NCBI RefSeq assembly: GCF_000940845.1
Contig: NZ_CP010341.1
Location: 2,250,001 to 2,282,000, forward strand
Origin: Propionibacterium freudenreichii subsp. freudenreichii
GTDB lineage: Bacteria > Actinomycetota > Actinomycetes > Propionibacteriales > Propionibacteriaceae
DNA: 32,000 nt
Direction: 5' to 3'
Shown here: positions 24,195 to 32,000 of the stretch, piece after piece
Numbering within the stretch: position 1 is the first letter of the stretch
Layout: each line of letters begins with the position of its first letter
Program-made: the position numbers and the translations under genes
Notes under the pieces: generated by a model
What the model saw: the letters and a program-made list of their open reading frames with translations, nothing else
Told to the model about the DNA's origin: nothing
Databases searched by the model: none

Positions 24195-25660
24195 GAGGCC
24201 CTCCTTTCTGAGACCGGGCTCCCGCCCGCATGCCTCTCTGAGACCGGGCCTTGGCCCGCATGCCTTCCCAAGACCGGGCCATCGCCCGCGTCCACCACAC
24301 CCAGCATCGACTCCACGTCCATCAGGTGGCCCATCTTGGCCACCTTCGTGCGCAGGTAGTCGATGTTCTGCGCCGTGACGCCCACCACCAGCGGCACCAC
24401 CTGATCGACGCCGATCCCCTGGCCGGCAAGCGCCTGCACCTTGTCGGGATTGTTCGTGAGCAGGCGCACCTGCCGCACGCCCAGGTCGCGCAGGATCGCC
24501 GCCGCGGCACCGTATTCGCGCAGGTCGGGATCCCAACCACGCGCCACATTCGCCTCCACCGTGTCGGCGCCGCCCTCCTGCAGGGCATAGGCGGCGATCT
24601 TCTCCGCCAGCCCGATGCCGCGCCCCTCATGGCCGCCCAGGTAGACCAGCACGCCGCCCTGCGCCGCGATGAGTTCCAGCGCACGATCAAGCTGTGCCCC
24701 GCAGTCGCACTTGCGCGACCCGAAGACGTCGCCGGTCACGCACTCGGAATGCACCCGCACCAGCGGCGCCCCCTGCTGTGGCACGGTCTGTTGCAACGCG
24801 CCCTGCACCGGCTGCTGGGACGCGCCCTGTGCCGTCTGCTGTGGCGCCCTCTGCTGCGACGTTCCCCGCGCCGGCCCATCCAGCGCCTCGGCGACGGCGC
24901 CCGCGCTCAGCGCCAGGTGTTCGGCACCGGTGCGCAGGTCGCGATAGGCCACCACGGTGAAGTCACCATGGCGCGTGGGCAGGTGCGCCTGCGCCACCCG
25001 CGTCACCCGATCGGGGTTCCACTCCCCCACCGCACGCGGCGACGAGAACGGCGCAGCGCCCCGGGCGTCCAACTCGGCAATCAGCGCCTCGATGGTCACC
25101 AGCACCAGGCCCTGTTCAGCGGCGAACGGCTCGGCATCGGCCATCCGCATCATCGAACCGTCGTCGTGCACCAGCTCCGAGATCACGCCCACCGGCGCCA
25201 ATCCGGCCAGCGCGCACAACTCCACCGATGCCTCGGTGTGCCCGCCGCGCTCGCGCACCCCGCCGGCCACCGCACGCAGCGGCAACATGTGCCCCGGACG
25301 CACCAGGTCGGCCGGCGTCGCGGCCGGATCGGCCAGCACGTTCGCGGTGCGTGACCGGTCATGACCCGAAATCCCCGTGGTCACACCGGACGCAGCGTCC
25401 ACGCTCAACGTGTACGCAGTGTGCAGTGTGTCCTGGGAGCGCGGCACCATCAGCGGAAGCCCCAGGTGATCGGCACGCTCACCGGTCATCGGCGCACACA
25501 GATATCCGGACGTGTGGCGCACCATCCACCCCACCGTCGCGGGCGTCGCCAGCTCGGCCGACAACACCGCGTCCACCTCGTTCTCGCGGCTCTGCGAGTC
25601 GGCCACCAGCACCGGCCGGCCGGCACGCAACTGCTCCAGCGCCTCAGCGATCGTGTTCAT
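24191..25660 (-). CDS. ribBA: Bifunctional 3,4-dihydroxy-2-butanone-4-phosphate synthase / GTP cyclohydrolase II
   Basis: The RibB half contains [15 protein letters not shown] and GHTEASVEL. The RibA half contains [21 protein letters not shown] and HEGRGIGL. An unusual Q-rich linker and a repeat-containing C-terminal tail are also present. Confidence 0.93.
   Translation of the reverse strand: MNTIAEALEQLRAGRPVLVADSQSRENEVDAVLSAELATPATVGWMVRHTSGYLCAPMTGERADHLGLPLMVPRSQDTLHTAYTLSVDAASGVTTGISGHDRSRTANVLADPAATPADLVRPGHMLPLRAVAGGVRERGGHTEASVELCALAGLAPVGVISELVHDDGSMMRMADAEPFAAEQGLVLVTIEALIAELDARGAAPFSSPRAVGEWNPDRVTRVAQAHLPTRHGDFTVVAYRDLRTGAEHLALSAGAVAEALDGPARGTSQQRAPQQTAQGASQQPVQGALQQTVPQQGAPLVRVHSECVTGDVFGSRKCDCGAQLDRALELIAAQGGVLVYLGGHEGRGIGLAEKIAAYALQEGGADTVEANVARGWDPDLREYGAAAAILRDLGVRQVRLLTNNPDKVQALAGQGIGVDQVVPLVVGVTAQNIDYLRTKVAKMGHLMDVESMLGVVDAGDGPVLGRHAGQGPVSERHAGGSPVSERRAS
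24208..24297 (-). repeat. Three tandem 30-bp in-frame repeats in the 3' tail of ribBA
   Basis: Plus-strand units are CTGAGACCGGGCTCCCGCCCGCATGCCTCT, CTGAGACCGGGCCTTGGCCCGCATGCCTTC and CCAAGACCGGGCCATCGCCCGCGTCCACCA. They encode ..[28 protein letters not shown]. Confidence 0.85.
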
Positions 25661-26319
25661 GCCTGCACCCCTGCTTCCTGCAACGCGCCCGCGGCGACCC
25701 CGTCGGCCACCGAACCCACCAGGCCGGCCGCCTGCAACTGGCGCTCCACATAGCGCGCCACCGGATCGACCTCGATATTCACCACATCGCCCACCTCAAG
25801 CCCGCCCAGGGTGGTCATCCGCAGGGTCTCGGGGATCAGCGCGACCCCCAGCGACGCCGGCCCCACGTGGGTGACGGTCAGCGAGACCCCGTCGAGCGCC
25901 ACCGCCCCCTTCTCGGCGATGAGCGGACCCAGCGCATCGGGCACCCCGAACTCCAGCTCCACCCAGCCGTCGGCGTCGGTGCGCTCGAGCAGCGTCGCCA
26001 GGCCGTCGACATGCCCCTGCACCTGGTGGCCGTCCAGACGCGCGTCGGCACGCATTGCCCGCTCAAGGTTCACCTGCGAGCCCTGCGACAACCGCCCCAG
26101 GGACGTGCGACGCAGCGTCTCGGGCATCAGGTCGACCACGAAGCTGTCGTCGCCGGGCAGGTCGACCACGGTGAGGCAGGTGCCGTTGACCGCGATCGAG
26201 CAGCCGGGCGTGGCGTCGCTGACGGCCAGTGGCCCGCGGATCGCGAGCCGGGCACCGCCTCCCTCGGCGGGTGCGCTGGTGTCGATGGTGCCGATCTCTT
26301 CGATGATTCCGGTGAACAT
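25657..26319 (-). CDS. ribE: Riboflavin synthase (alpha chain)
   Basis: Start at [12 protein letters not shown] (ATG complement of 26317-26319). Duplicated lumazine-binding repeats are present ([11 protein letters not shown] and [11 protein letters not shown]). Confidence 0.92.
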   Translation of the reverse strand: MFTGIIEEIGTIDTSAPAEGGGARLAIRGPLAVSDATPGCSIAVNGTCLTVVDLPGDDSFVVDLMPETLRRTSLGRLSQGSQVNLERAMRADARLDGHQVQGHVDGLATLLERTDADGWVELEFGVPDALGPLIAEKGAVALDGVSLTVTHVGPASLGVALIPETLRMTTLGGLEVGDVVNIEVDPVARYVERQLQAAGLVGSVADGVAAGALQEAGVQA

Positions 26320-26408
26320 GGTGATCCTGTCTGTGTGAGCGAAACTGTTGGTGGTTGAAAACGGGATGGGTCGAGAACTTGCGGTTGACAAGGGCTTATG
26401 ACGCCGAC

Positions 26409-27653
26409 TCAGCCCGGTGGACGCGGACGGGCGACCACCAGCAGGTCGTCCCCCAGCCGGTGCACGTCAACGATGTGGAAGCGCAGCGCCGAGGTGATGG
26501 TGCTGATGCCCAGACCCGATACCGCCTGGGCGCCGGCACCCAGCAGGGCCGGGGCGATGTAGGCGTGCAGTTCGTCGGCCAGGCCGGCGGCCAGGAATGC
26601 CGACGCGATGGTGGGTCCGCCCTCGATGAGCACCTCGCGGACGCCGCGCGAGGACAATTCGCGCAACACCTCGGCGGGGTCATGGGTGCGCAATGCCAGC
26701 AGGGCACCGCCGGGACCGCGCACCGCAGCGTCGTCGGGAACCGGGCGGGTACCCATCACCACGCGCAGGGGTTGGTGGTCGGCCAGCGAGCCATCGGGCA
26801 GCCGGGCGGTGAGTGCCGGATCGTCGGCCAGCAGCGTGCCGGTGCCCACCACGATCGCGCCCACCCGGGCGCGCGTCCCGTGGGCGTGGTCGCGGGCGGC
26901 GGGGCCGGTGATCCAGCGGCTGGTGCCGTCGGCAGCGGCGACCCGGCCGTCGAGGGTGGCTGCCATCTTCACGAGCACCTGCGGACGCGCCCCCACCTCG
27001 CCGGGCAGCGGCGCCACCTGGCGGGCCAGCCAGTCGCCGAGGGCCTCGCGGCCGGACGCCTCCGCCACGCCGCCGATCACCTCGACGCCGCGTTCGCGCA
27101 ACACCTGGGTGCCGCCCGCTGCCACCGGGTTGGGGTCGGGCACCGAGAAGACCACCCGGGTGATCCCGGCGTCGGCCAGGGCCACGGCGCAGGGGCCGGT
27201 GCGTCCCCAGTGGGCGCACGGCTCCAGCGAGACCACGGCGGTGGCGCCGCGCACATCGCTCCCCGCTGCTCGCGCGGCCGCCAGTGCGGCGGCCTCCGCA
27301 TGGGCGGTGCCGGCGCCGCGATGCCAGCCCTCGGCGATCACCCCGCCATCGGGGGCCAGCAGGACGCAACCGACGCGCGGATTCGGGTCGTCGGCCGGCC
27401 CGCGGGCCGACAGTTCGAAGGCCCGACGCAGCGCCGCCAGTTCGCGGGGCAGTACCCGGCTGTCGGGCAGCGCCCGTTCGGTGGAGAGGGCCCATTCGGT
27501 GGAGAGTTCGCCGTCGTCGGGCAGGCCGGGGCCCGACGCCGCGACGCGATCAGGTCCTGCACCAAAAGGGGACGATGCCGGGGTGAACGGCGACTGTGCG
27601 CTACGGCGCACGCCGGCGCGTCCACTGCCATTGCCGGGACGATGAGCGCCCAT
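26409..27653 (-). CDS. ribD: Bifunctional diaminohydroxyphosphoribosylaminopyrimidine deaminase / 5-amino-6-(5-phosphoribosylamino)uracil reductase
   Basis: The deaminase zinc motifs HAEAAAL and SLEPCAHWGRTGPC are present, followed by a C-terminal reductase domain. I chose the start at ATG 27653 (GGGAGGG 5 nt upstream). The track start at 27743 would leave only about 30 nt after the riboswitch aptamer and has no SD. The start remains uncertain. Confidence 0.85.
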   Translation of the reverse strand: MGAHRPGNGSGRAGVRRSAQSPFTPASSPFGAGPDRVAASGPGLPDDGELSTEWALSTERALPDSRVLPRELAALRRAFELSARGPADDPNPRVGCVLLAPDGGVIAEGWHRGAGTAHAEAAALAAARAAGSDVRGATAVVSLEPCAHWGRTGPCAVALADAGITRVVFSVPDPNPVAAGGTQVLRERGVEVIGGVAEASGREALGDWLARQVAPLPGEVGARPQVLVKMAATLDGRVAAADGTSRWITGPAARDHAHGTRARVGAIVVGTGTLLADDPALTARLPDGSLADHQPLRVVMGTRPVPDDAAVRGPGGALLALRTHDPAEVLRELSSRGVREVLIEGGPTIASAFLAAGLADELHAYIAPALLGAGAQAVSGLGISTITSALRFHIVDVHRLGDDLLVVARPRPPG

Positions 27654-27774
27654 GAAGCCCTCCCAAGGACAGGCCTCGGGGCTTGTTGTGCAACCACCCA
27701 GGAAGGGGCGCACCCAACGCCGGATGCGCCTGCAGCCCACCAATGGACCGCCCGACGCCTCGCGGCGTCACGTG

Positions 27775-27905
27775 AACTTCTCCCATCCGGACTTTCACCG
27801 TCGGTCCTGGAGTTTCACCAGATCAACCGTCGCCCTGCTTGCGCAGCGTGACGGGTCGTGGACTATCACCACCGGTTCGGAATTACACCGACCCCGAAGC
27901 ACGTG
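27775..27905 (-). promoter_or_regulatory. FMN riboswitch (RFN element) leader of the rib operon
   Basis: The minus strand reads CUUCGGGGUCGGUGUAAUUCCGAACCGGUGGUGAUAGUCCACGACCCG...GGUUGAUCUGGUGAAACUCCAGGACCGACGGUGAAAGUCCGGAUGGGAGAAG. This is the canonical RFN core. Confidence 0.9.
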
Positions 27906-28053
27906 TTTGCTTATTGCCCCAGACGTTAGCACCCCGCCCGGACGCCGGCGCAAGCAACCGTCCGACGATCCCCACATGGGCTCGCGCGCGGGAGGTCGTC
28001 GATGGCCCAGTCCTGCCTGCGGGCCGCTGCGTCGACGGCGATAGCGTTGCCGC

Positions 28054-28413
28054 ATGGCGCTCTTCGGGATCGGCAGGAAACACCACGGCCAACGGCACTA
28101 TGCGGCCAGGCCTGCCGACACCTTCGCCGCCGTCCTCGCGGCCACCGCACGCGACGACAGTGGCTTCACGCAGAAGGACCACGACGCCGCGCACCATGTG
28201 GTGGAGCTCACCTCGAAGGGCAGCCGACTCACCTACGGCGACCGGTTCACCGTCAGCTTCGCCCCCGCCACGGGCGGCACCCTGGTGAAGGTGGAGGGCG
28301 CAGGTGCCACCGAATTCGCCGCCACCAGCTCCGCCCGCATGCAGAAGGAGTTCGACCGCCTGTTCAGCGAGGTCTACGCCGAGCTGCGCCGCGACAAGAA
28401 GTTCATCGGCTGA
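28054..28413 (+). CDS. Hypothetical protein (119 aa)
   Basis: Clean ORF with host-like codon bias and a non-repetitive sequence. I recognise no family. Confidence 0.5.
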   Translation: MALFGIGRKHHGQRHYAARPADTFAAVLAATARDDSGFTQKDHDAAHHVVELTSKGSRLTYGDRFTVSFAPATGGTLVKVEGAGATEFAATSSARMQKEFDRLFSEVYAELRRDKKFIG

Positions 28414-28470
28414 GCGTCGCGCCACCGCTCGCCGGGTACCGACGCACGGCCCCCGACTAGGCTGAATGCC

Positions 28471-28953
28471 ATGGGCGACAACACAGAAGACCGGTCCGTC
28501 GACGCGTCGGCAAGCCCGACGAACGCATCCGCGTCGACGCCCGATGCGGGCAACTACCGCGACCTGCCAGATGACCTCCCGCCGGCTGATCTGGTGGCGC
28601 TCAACGATCCCTCCGGCACGCCCTCGACGCTCGCCTTCCGCATGATCGCCCTGGCCGGCGAAGCACGCAGCCTGGCCATGCGCGCCATCGCCGCGGCCGA
28701 GAGCGGCGGCTTCGTCGACGCCGAATCGCTCATCGAGCAGGCCCATGGCAGCTATGACCGCGCCCACCAAGTGCAGAAGGCCCTCACCGAGGCGCACCGA
28801 CGCGACATTCAGCCCGCCGTCGACCTGCTCTTGGTGCACGCCCACGACCACCTGGTGATGGCGCAGATGGCGCTGGACAACGCCGAGATCATCACCCGCC
28901 TGTACCGCCGCATCACCGCCCTGGAAGCCGAGCCGCGCCTGACGCGCGAGTGA
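28471..28953 (+). CDS. PTS lactose/cellobiose-family EIIA domain protein with an N-terminal extension
   Basis: FRMIALAGEARSLAMRAIAAAESGGFVDAESLIEQAHGSYDRAHQVQKALTE...LLLVHAHDHLVMAQMA matches the three-helix EIIA(Lac/Cel) pattern, including the HAxDHLM motif. Confidence 0.75.
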   Translation: MGDNTEDRSVDASASPTNASASTPDAGNYRDLPDDLPPADLVALNDPSGTPSTLAFRMIALAGEARSLAMRAIAAAESGGFVDAESLIEQAHGSYDRAHQVQKALTEAHRRDIQPAVDLLLVHAHDHLVMAQMALDNAEIITRLYRRITALEAEPRLTRE

Positions 28954-29023
28954 GCCGGATCGCCGGGCAGCTGAGCCGATCACGGCGCGATCGTCGTCGA
29001 GCATTTCCGCATACGCTGGAAGG

Positions 29024-30979
29024 GTGTCCACGCACAGGAAGCCCGGCACCCCGGCGTCCCCGGATGGCGCCCGGGGCCAACAGCCCGACCATCCCCGTTT
29101 CATCCGGCCGGCCCCCGACGACCCTGTCCAACGCGCCGCGCTCCTGCGCCGACTGATGCCGCTGGGCGTCAACGGCACCTACATCGACGCCGCCGGCCGG
29201 GAGATCCGCGTGCCCACCGCCACCCTCGAACTGGTCAGTGCCGCCTTCGAGGACTCACTGCCCCGCGGCATCGGTCCGGCGCTGGTGTGCACGCCGGGGC
29301 GCTACCACCCCGAGCTGTTCGGCACGCTCGTGCCCGAGGACGGCGGCCCGGTGCAGGCCCACGGCATCGTCGACGCGCCGGGCTATCACGTGCTGTACAC
29401 CGTGAGGGGCGTCCGACGGCTGGTCATCGCCACCCCCGAGCACTTGCGTGAACCGCAACGCTCATGGGGCTGGCAGGTGCAGCTCTATGCCGCCCGCTCC
29501 CGCGATTCATGGGGCATCGGCGACTTCCGCGACCTCGGCCAGATCTGTCGCATCGCCGCCCAGCAGGGCGCCCAGTGCGTGCAGGTGTCGCCGGTGCATG
29601 CCATCGCGCCGGTCTCCCATCCCAAGGACTCGCCCTATTCGCCGGCGAGCCGCCATTTCCTCAACCTGCTGCACATCGCACCCGGCTTCGCGCCGGGGGC
29701 GGAGCGGGTGAACCTGTCCGACCTGTCGGCACGGGGGCGCGCCCTCAACGATGAGCGGCTGATCGACCGCACCGCCGTGTGGGCCCTCAAGCGGGAGGCG
29801 CTGGAACGCATCTGGCAGGCGGTGCGCGACGAGCCCAACATCGAGTTCCGTGAGTTCCGCCGCCACCGCGGACGGGCACTCACCCGGTTCGCCACCTGGT
29901 CGGCCATCGCCGAGGACCTCGACAGCCCCGACTGGCCCGACTGGCCCACCGAACTGCACAACCCCGAGGGCGTCGACGTGGCCCGCTACGCCCACGAACA
30001 TGCCGACCGCGTGAATTTCTTCAGCTGGTGCCAGTGGGTGGCCGACTGGCAATACGGACGCGCCTGCACCGAGGGCGTCGATGTGATTGCTGACCTGGCA
30101 GTGGGCTTCGATCGCGGCAGTGAGGATGCCTGGGCCTTCCATGGCCAGCTGTGCTTCGACTTCGAGATCGGTGCCCCACCCGACGAGCACAATCAGGACG
30201 GCCAGCGCTGGGGACTTCCTCCGTTCAGCCCGCAGATGGAGGAACGCACCGACTTCGCCGCCTTCCGTGACATGGTGGCCCGCGGCCTGGCCCACACCCA
30301 CGCGCTGCGCATCGACCACGTGATGCAGCTGTGGCGGCTGTTCTGGATTCCCCGCGACGCCGACCCCGCCGATGGTGCCTATGTGCACTATCCGGTGCAT
30401 GCGCTGCTCGCGATCCTGCGCCTGGAGGCGATGCGCACCAACGCCTGGATCGTCGGTGAGGACATGGGTACGGTGGCTCCCGGAATGCGCGAGACGATGC
30501 ACGGCATCGGCATGCTGTCGAACTGTTCGGCGGTGCGCACGCCCATCGCGGACTTCCCCGAGTTGGCGCTGGGGACGTCGTCCACGCACGACCAGGTGAC
30601 GATCGCCGGGCTGCTCACCGGCGCCGATGCCGCCGAACTGCGACGCATCGGCAAGCGTTCCGACTGGGCGCAGATCGAGCGCAGCCGCCGCAAGCTGGCC
30701 GAGATGGCCCATATTGACCCCGCCAAGCCGGCGCACCGCATCAGCAACGCCGACATCCATGCCGCCGTGGTGGCGCGCTACCGGTTGCTGGCCCAGTCGC
30801 CCAGCCGCGTGGTGCTTGCCAGCCTCGACGACGCCGCCGCGGTGCGCGAGCGTCCCAATGTGCCCGGCACCATTGACGAATACCCCAACTGGCGTCTTGC
30901 GCTGCCCGAACCCATCGACACCCTGTTGAACGCCCCCCTCGCCCGCGATGTGGTAGCGGTGATGCGCGAGACGCGATGA
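29024..30979 (+). CDS. malQ: 4-alpha-glucanotransferase (amylomaltase, GH77)
   Basis: WGWQVQLYAARSRDSWGIGDFRDLGQI...SPVHA...DSPYSPASRHFLN and IDHVMQLWRLFWIP...VGEDMGTV are GH77 catalytic-region motifs. The GTG start at 29024 is uncertain. Confidence 0.9.
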   Translation: MSTHRKPGTPASPDGARGQQPDHPRFIRPAPDDPVQRAALLRRLMPLGVNGTYIDAAGREIRVPTATLELVSAAFEDSLPRGIGPALVCTPGRYHPELFGTLVPEDGGPVQAHGIVDAPGYHVLYTVRGVRRLVIATPEHLREPQRSWGWQVQLYAARSRDSWGIGDFRDLGQICRIAAQQGAQCVQVSPVHAIAPVSHPKDSPYSPASRHFLNLLHIAPGFAPGAERVNLSDLSARGRALNDERLIDRTAVWALKREALERIWQAVRDEPNIEFREFRRHRGRALTRFATWSAIAEDLDSPDWPDWPTELHNPEGVDVARYAHEHADRVNFFSWCQWVADWQYGRACTEGVDVIADLAVGFDRGSEDAWAFHGQLCFDFEIGAPPDEHNQDGQRWGLPPFSPQMEERTDFAAFRDMVARGLAHTHALRIDHVMQLWRLFWIPRDADPADGAYVHYPVHALLAILRLEAMRTNAWIVGEDMGTVAPGMRETMHGIGMLSNCSAVRTPIADFPELALGTSSTHDQVTIAGLLTGADAAELRRIGKRSDWAQIERSRRKLAEMAHIDPAKPAHRISNADIHAAVVARYRLLAQSPSRVVLASLDDAAAVRERPNVPGTIDEYPNWRLALPEPIDTLLNAPLARDVVAVMRETR

Positions 30980-30993
30980 GGGTTGGGGATAGG

Positions 30994-31047
30994 CCACTAA
31001 GTGGATGGTCTTGGCGATTAGACGCATCCAAACCATCCACTTAGTGG
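30994..31047. repeat. Perfect 16-bp-arm hairpin after malQ (probable terminator); its termini resemble the CCACTAAxTGG ends of the repeat family
   Basis: CCACTAAGTGGATGGT (30994-31009) and ACCATCCACTTAGTGG (31032-31047) pair. An inner TTGG/CCAA pairing is also present. The hairpin starts 15 nt after the malQ stop. Confidence 0.85.
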
Positions 31048-31111
31048 TCTGAATCATCCACAGGTCCACCGCCCTCCGACAATCCGAACGATCCGCAACC
31101 ACACTGGGGGC

Positions 31112-32000
31112 ATGAAGAAGCGCATCGAACCCGGCACCGACCTGCTCGTGCTTGCTGCCCGTCAGGGCGGTTGCCTCACGTGGACCCAGTGCGCAGCTCA
31201 CGGGCTCACTCGGTCCGCCATCAATCGCCTGTTGGCAGCCTCTTGGACGCGCACGGCGAGCGGCATCTACTGCATCCACCCACCGGATTAGCATGGACGG
31301 GGCTGCTCGCGGTTGGGCCCGGGGCAGTTGTCGGCTCCCACGCAGCGGCTTTCCTGGACGGGTTGATCGCGCAGACACCCCAAGACGTCGTCATATGGTC
31401 CCCTGTCCGGAGCTTTCGTAAAGCACCCCATTCTGTGACGTTCCGCCGAGGGAACCGCCGTGGGCACGGATCCCCACCGCGGACCTGGCCTGAGGAGAGC
31501 GCACTTGATGCGGCCAAGGACTGCGACGCAGATGGGTACGTCGCACTCATTGCCGCTGCGCTCAGCTCCGGACGGGTCAATTCGACGCAGCTACTGGACG
31601 CGGCCCGGGCGCGTTCGCGGCAAAGGCACCGTCAGCTGATCCTCGACATGTGCATGACATTGCCGGGCGTCGAAAGCGCGCTTGAAAGCCGCTACGTCCG
31701 CAACGTCGTCAGGGATCACGGGCTGCCCGAAGGCGAGCGTCAGGTGTGGTTGGGACGCACGCGGGTCGATTGCCTGATTCCCGAATACGGCCTCATCATC
31801 GAACTCGATGGCCGCGCCCACCATGAGCACCGACGCTTCCGTGACATGGGCCGCGATAATGCCAACCTCGTCGACCGCGGGCTCGTGACCCTGCGCTACG
31901 GCTGGCACGACGTGGCAACACGCCCTTGCAGCGTCGCCCGGCAGTTGGCATCGATCCTGCACCGAAGGGGGTGGGACGGCAGCCCCCGCCCCTGTAAGCG
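31112..32000 (+). pseudogene. AbiEi-like N-terminal / DUF559 (Vsr-like endonuclease fold) family protein, interrupted by a 1-nt frameshift; runs to the window edge
   Basis: My translation from ATG 31112 gives MKKRIEPGTDLLVLAARQGGCLTWTQCAAHGLTRSAINRLLAASWTRTASGIYCIHPPD*, with the stop at 31289. It continues in the -1 frame from 31294: WTGLLAVGPGAVVGSHAAAFLDGL...RVDCLIPEYGLIIELDGRAHHEHRRFRDMGRDNANLVDRGLVTLRYGWHDV. This layout is typical of DUF559 proteins. Confidence 0.7.

Noticed and set aside
24251-27851. Chain of long plus-strand ORFs (24251..25354, 25228..26358, 26355..27851, 26608..27645)
   Set aside because: All are antisense to the ribD-ribE-ribBA-ribH operon, whose products carry clear catalytic motifs. 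The plus-strand translations are Arg/Pro/Gly/His-rich artefacts.
29507-31378. 623-aa minus-strand ORF
   Set aside because: It is antisense to malQ, which has GH77 motifs on the plus strand. It also runs through the terminator hairpin and into the next gene, and its composition is artefactual.

Overview
This window is a high-GC actinobacterial chromosomal segment. Spot counts of 60-nt lines give about 68% GC. Gene content looks Propionibacteriales-like, but this is unverified.

Backbone genes, in order:
- a partial thiC behind a TPP riboswitch
- an SSF sodium:solute symporter
- a divergent DtxR-family regulator and Nramp mntH pair
- a cobalamin riboswitch in front of a secreted, membrane-anchored, DUF4430-like protein
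- a minus-strand MoxR-DUF58-TM-VWA-VWA-TPR ('Bat-like') operon
- DUF3841 and DUF4236 genes
- a frameshifted DASS anion symporter
- the FMN-riboswitch-controlled ribD-ribE-ribBA-ribH operon
- an orphan PTS EIIA
- malQ
- a frameshifted DUF559-type gene

The accessory core lies at about 12.2-19.9 kb. An ISL3 element has removed the 5' part of moxR. Between that element and an IS3-family element (which has a duplicated right end) sits a lower-GC island, about 53% GC by one 60-nt spot count. The island encodes a beta-class N4/N6 DNA methyltransferase. Convergent with it is a translationally coupled trio: a 241-aa unknown protein, a McrB-like GTPase with no DNA-reader domain, and a McrC-like nuclease. 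A decayed Doc toxin is also present. This methyltransferase plus three-gene McrBC-like module is the best candidate here for an uncharacterised defence system.

Other observations:
- a conserved palindromic intergenic repeat family, with 4 core copies and 1 related hairpin
- in-frame 30-bp tandem repeats in the DUF58 gene and in ribBA
- four single-base frameshifts, three of them at short homopolymers, which may be sequencing errors

Many long ORFs in the track are antisense high-GC artefacts and were rejected.
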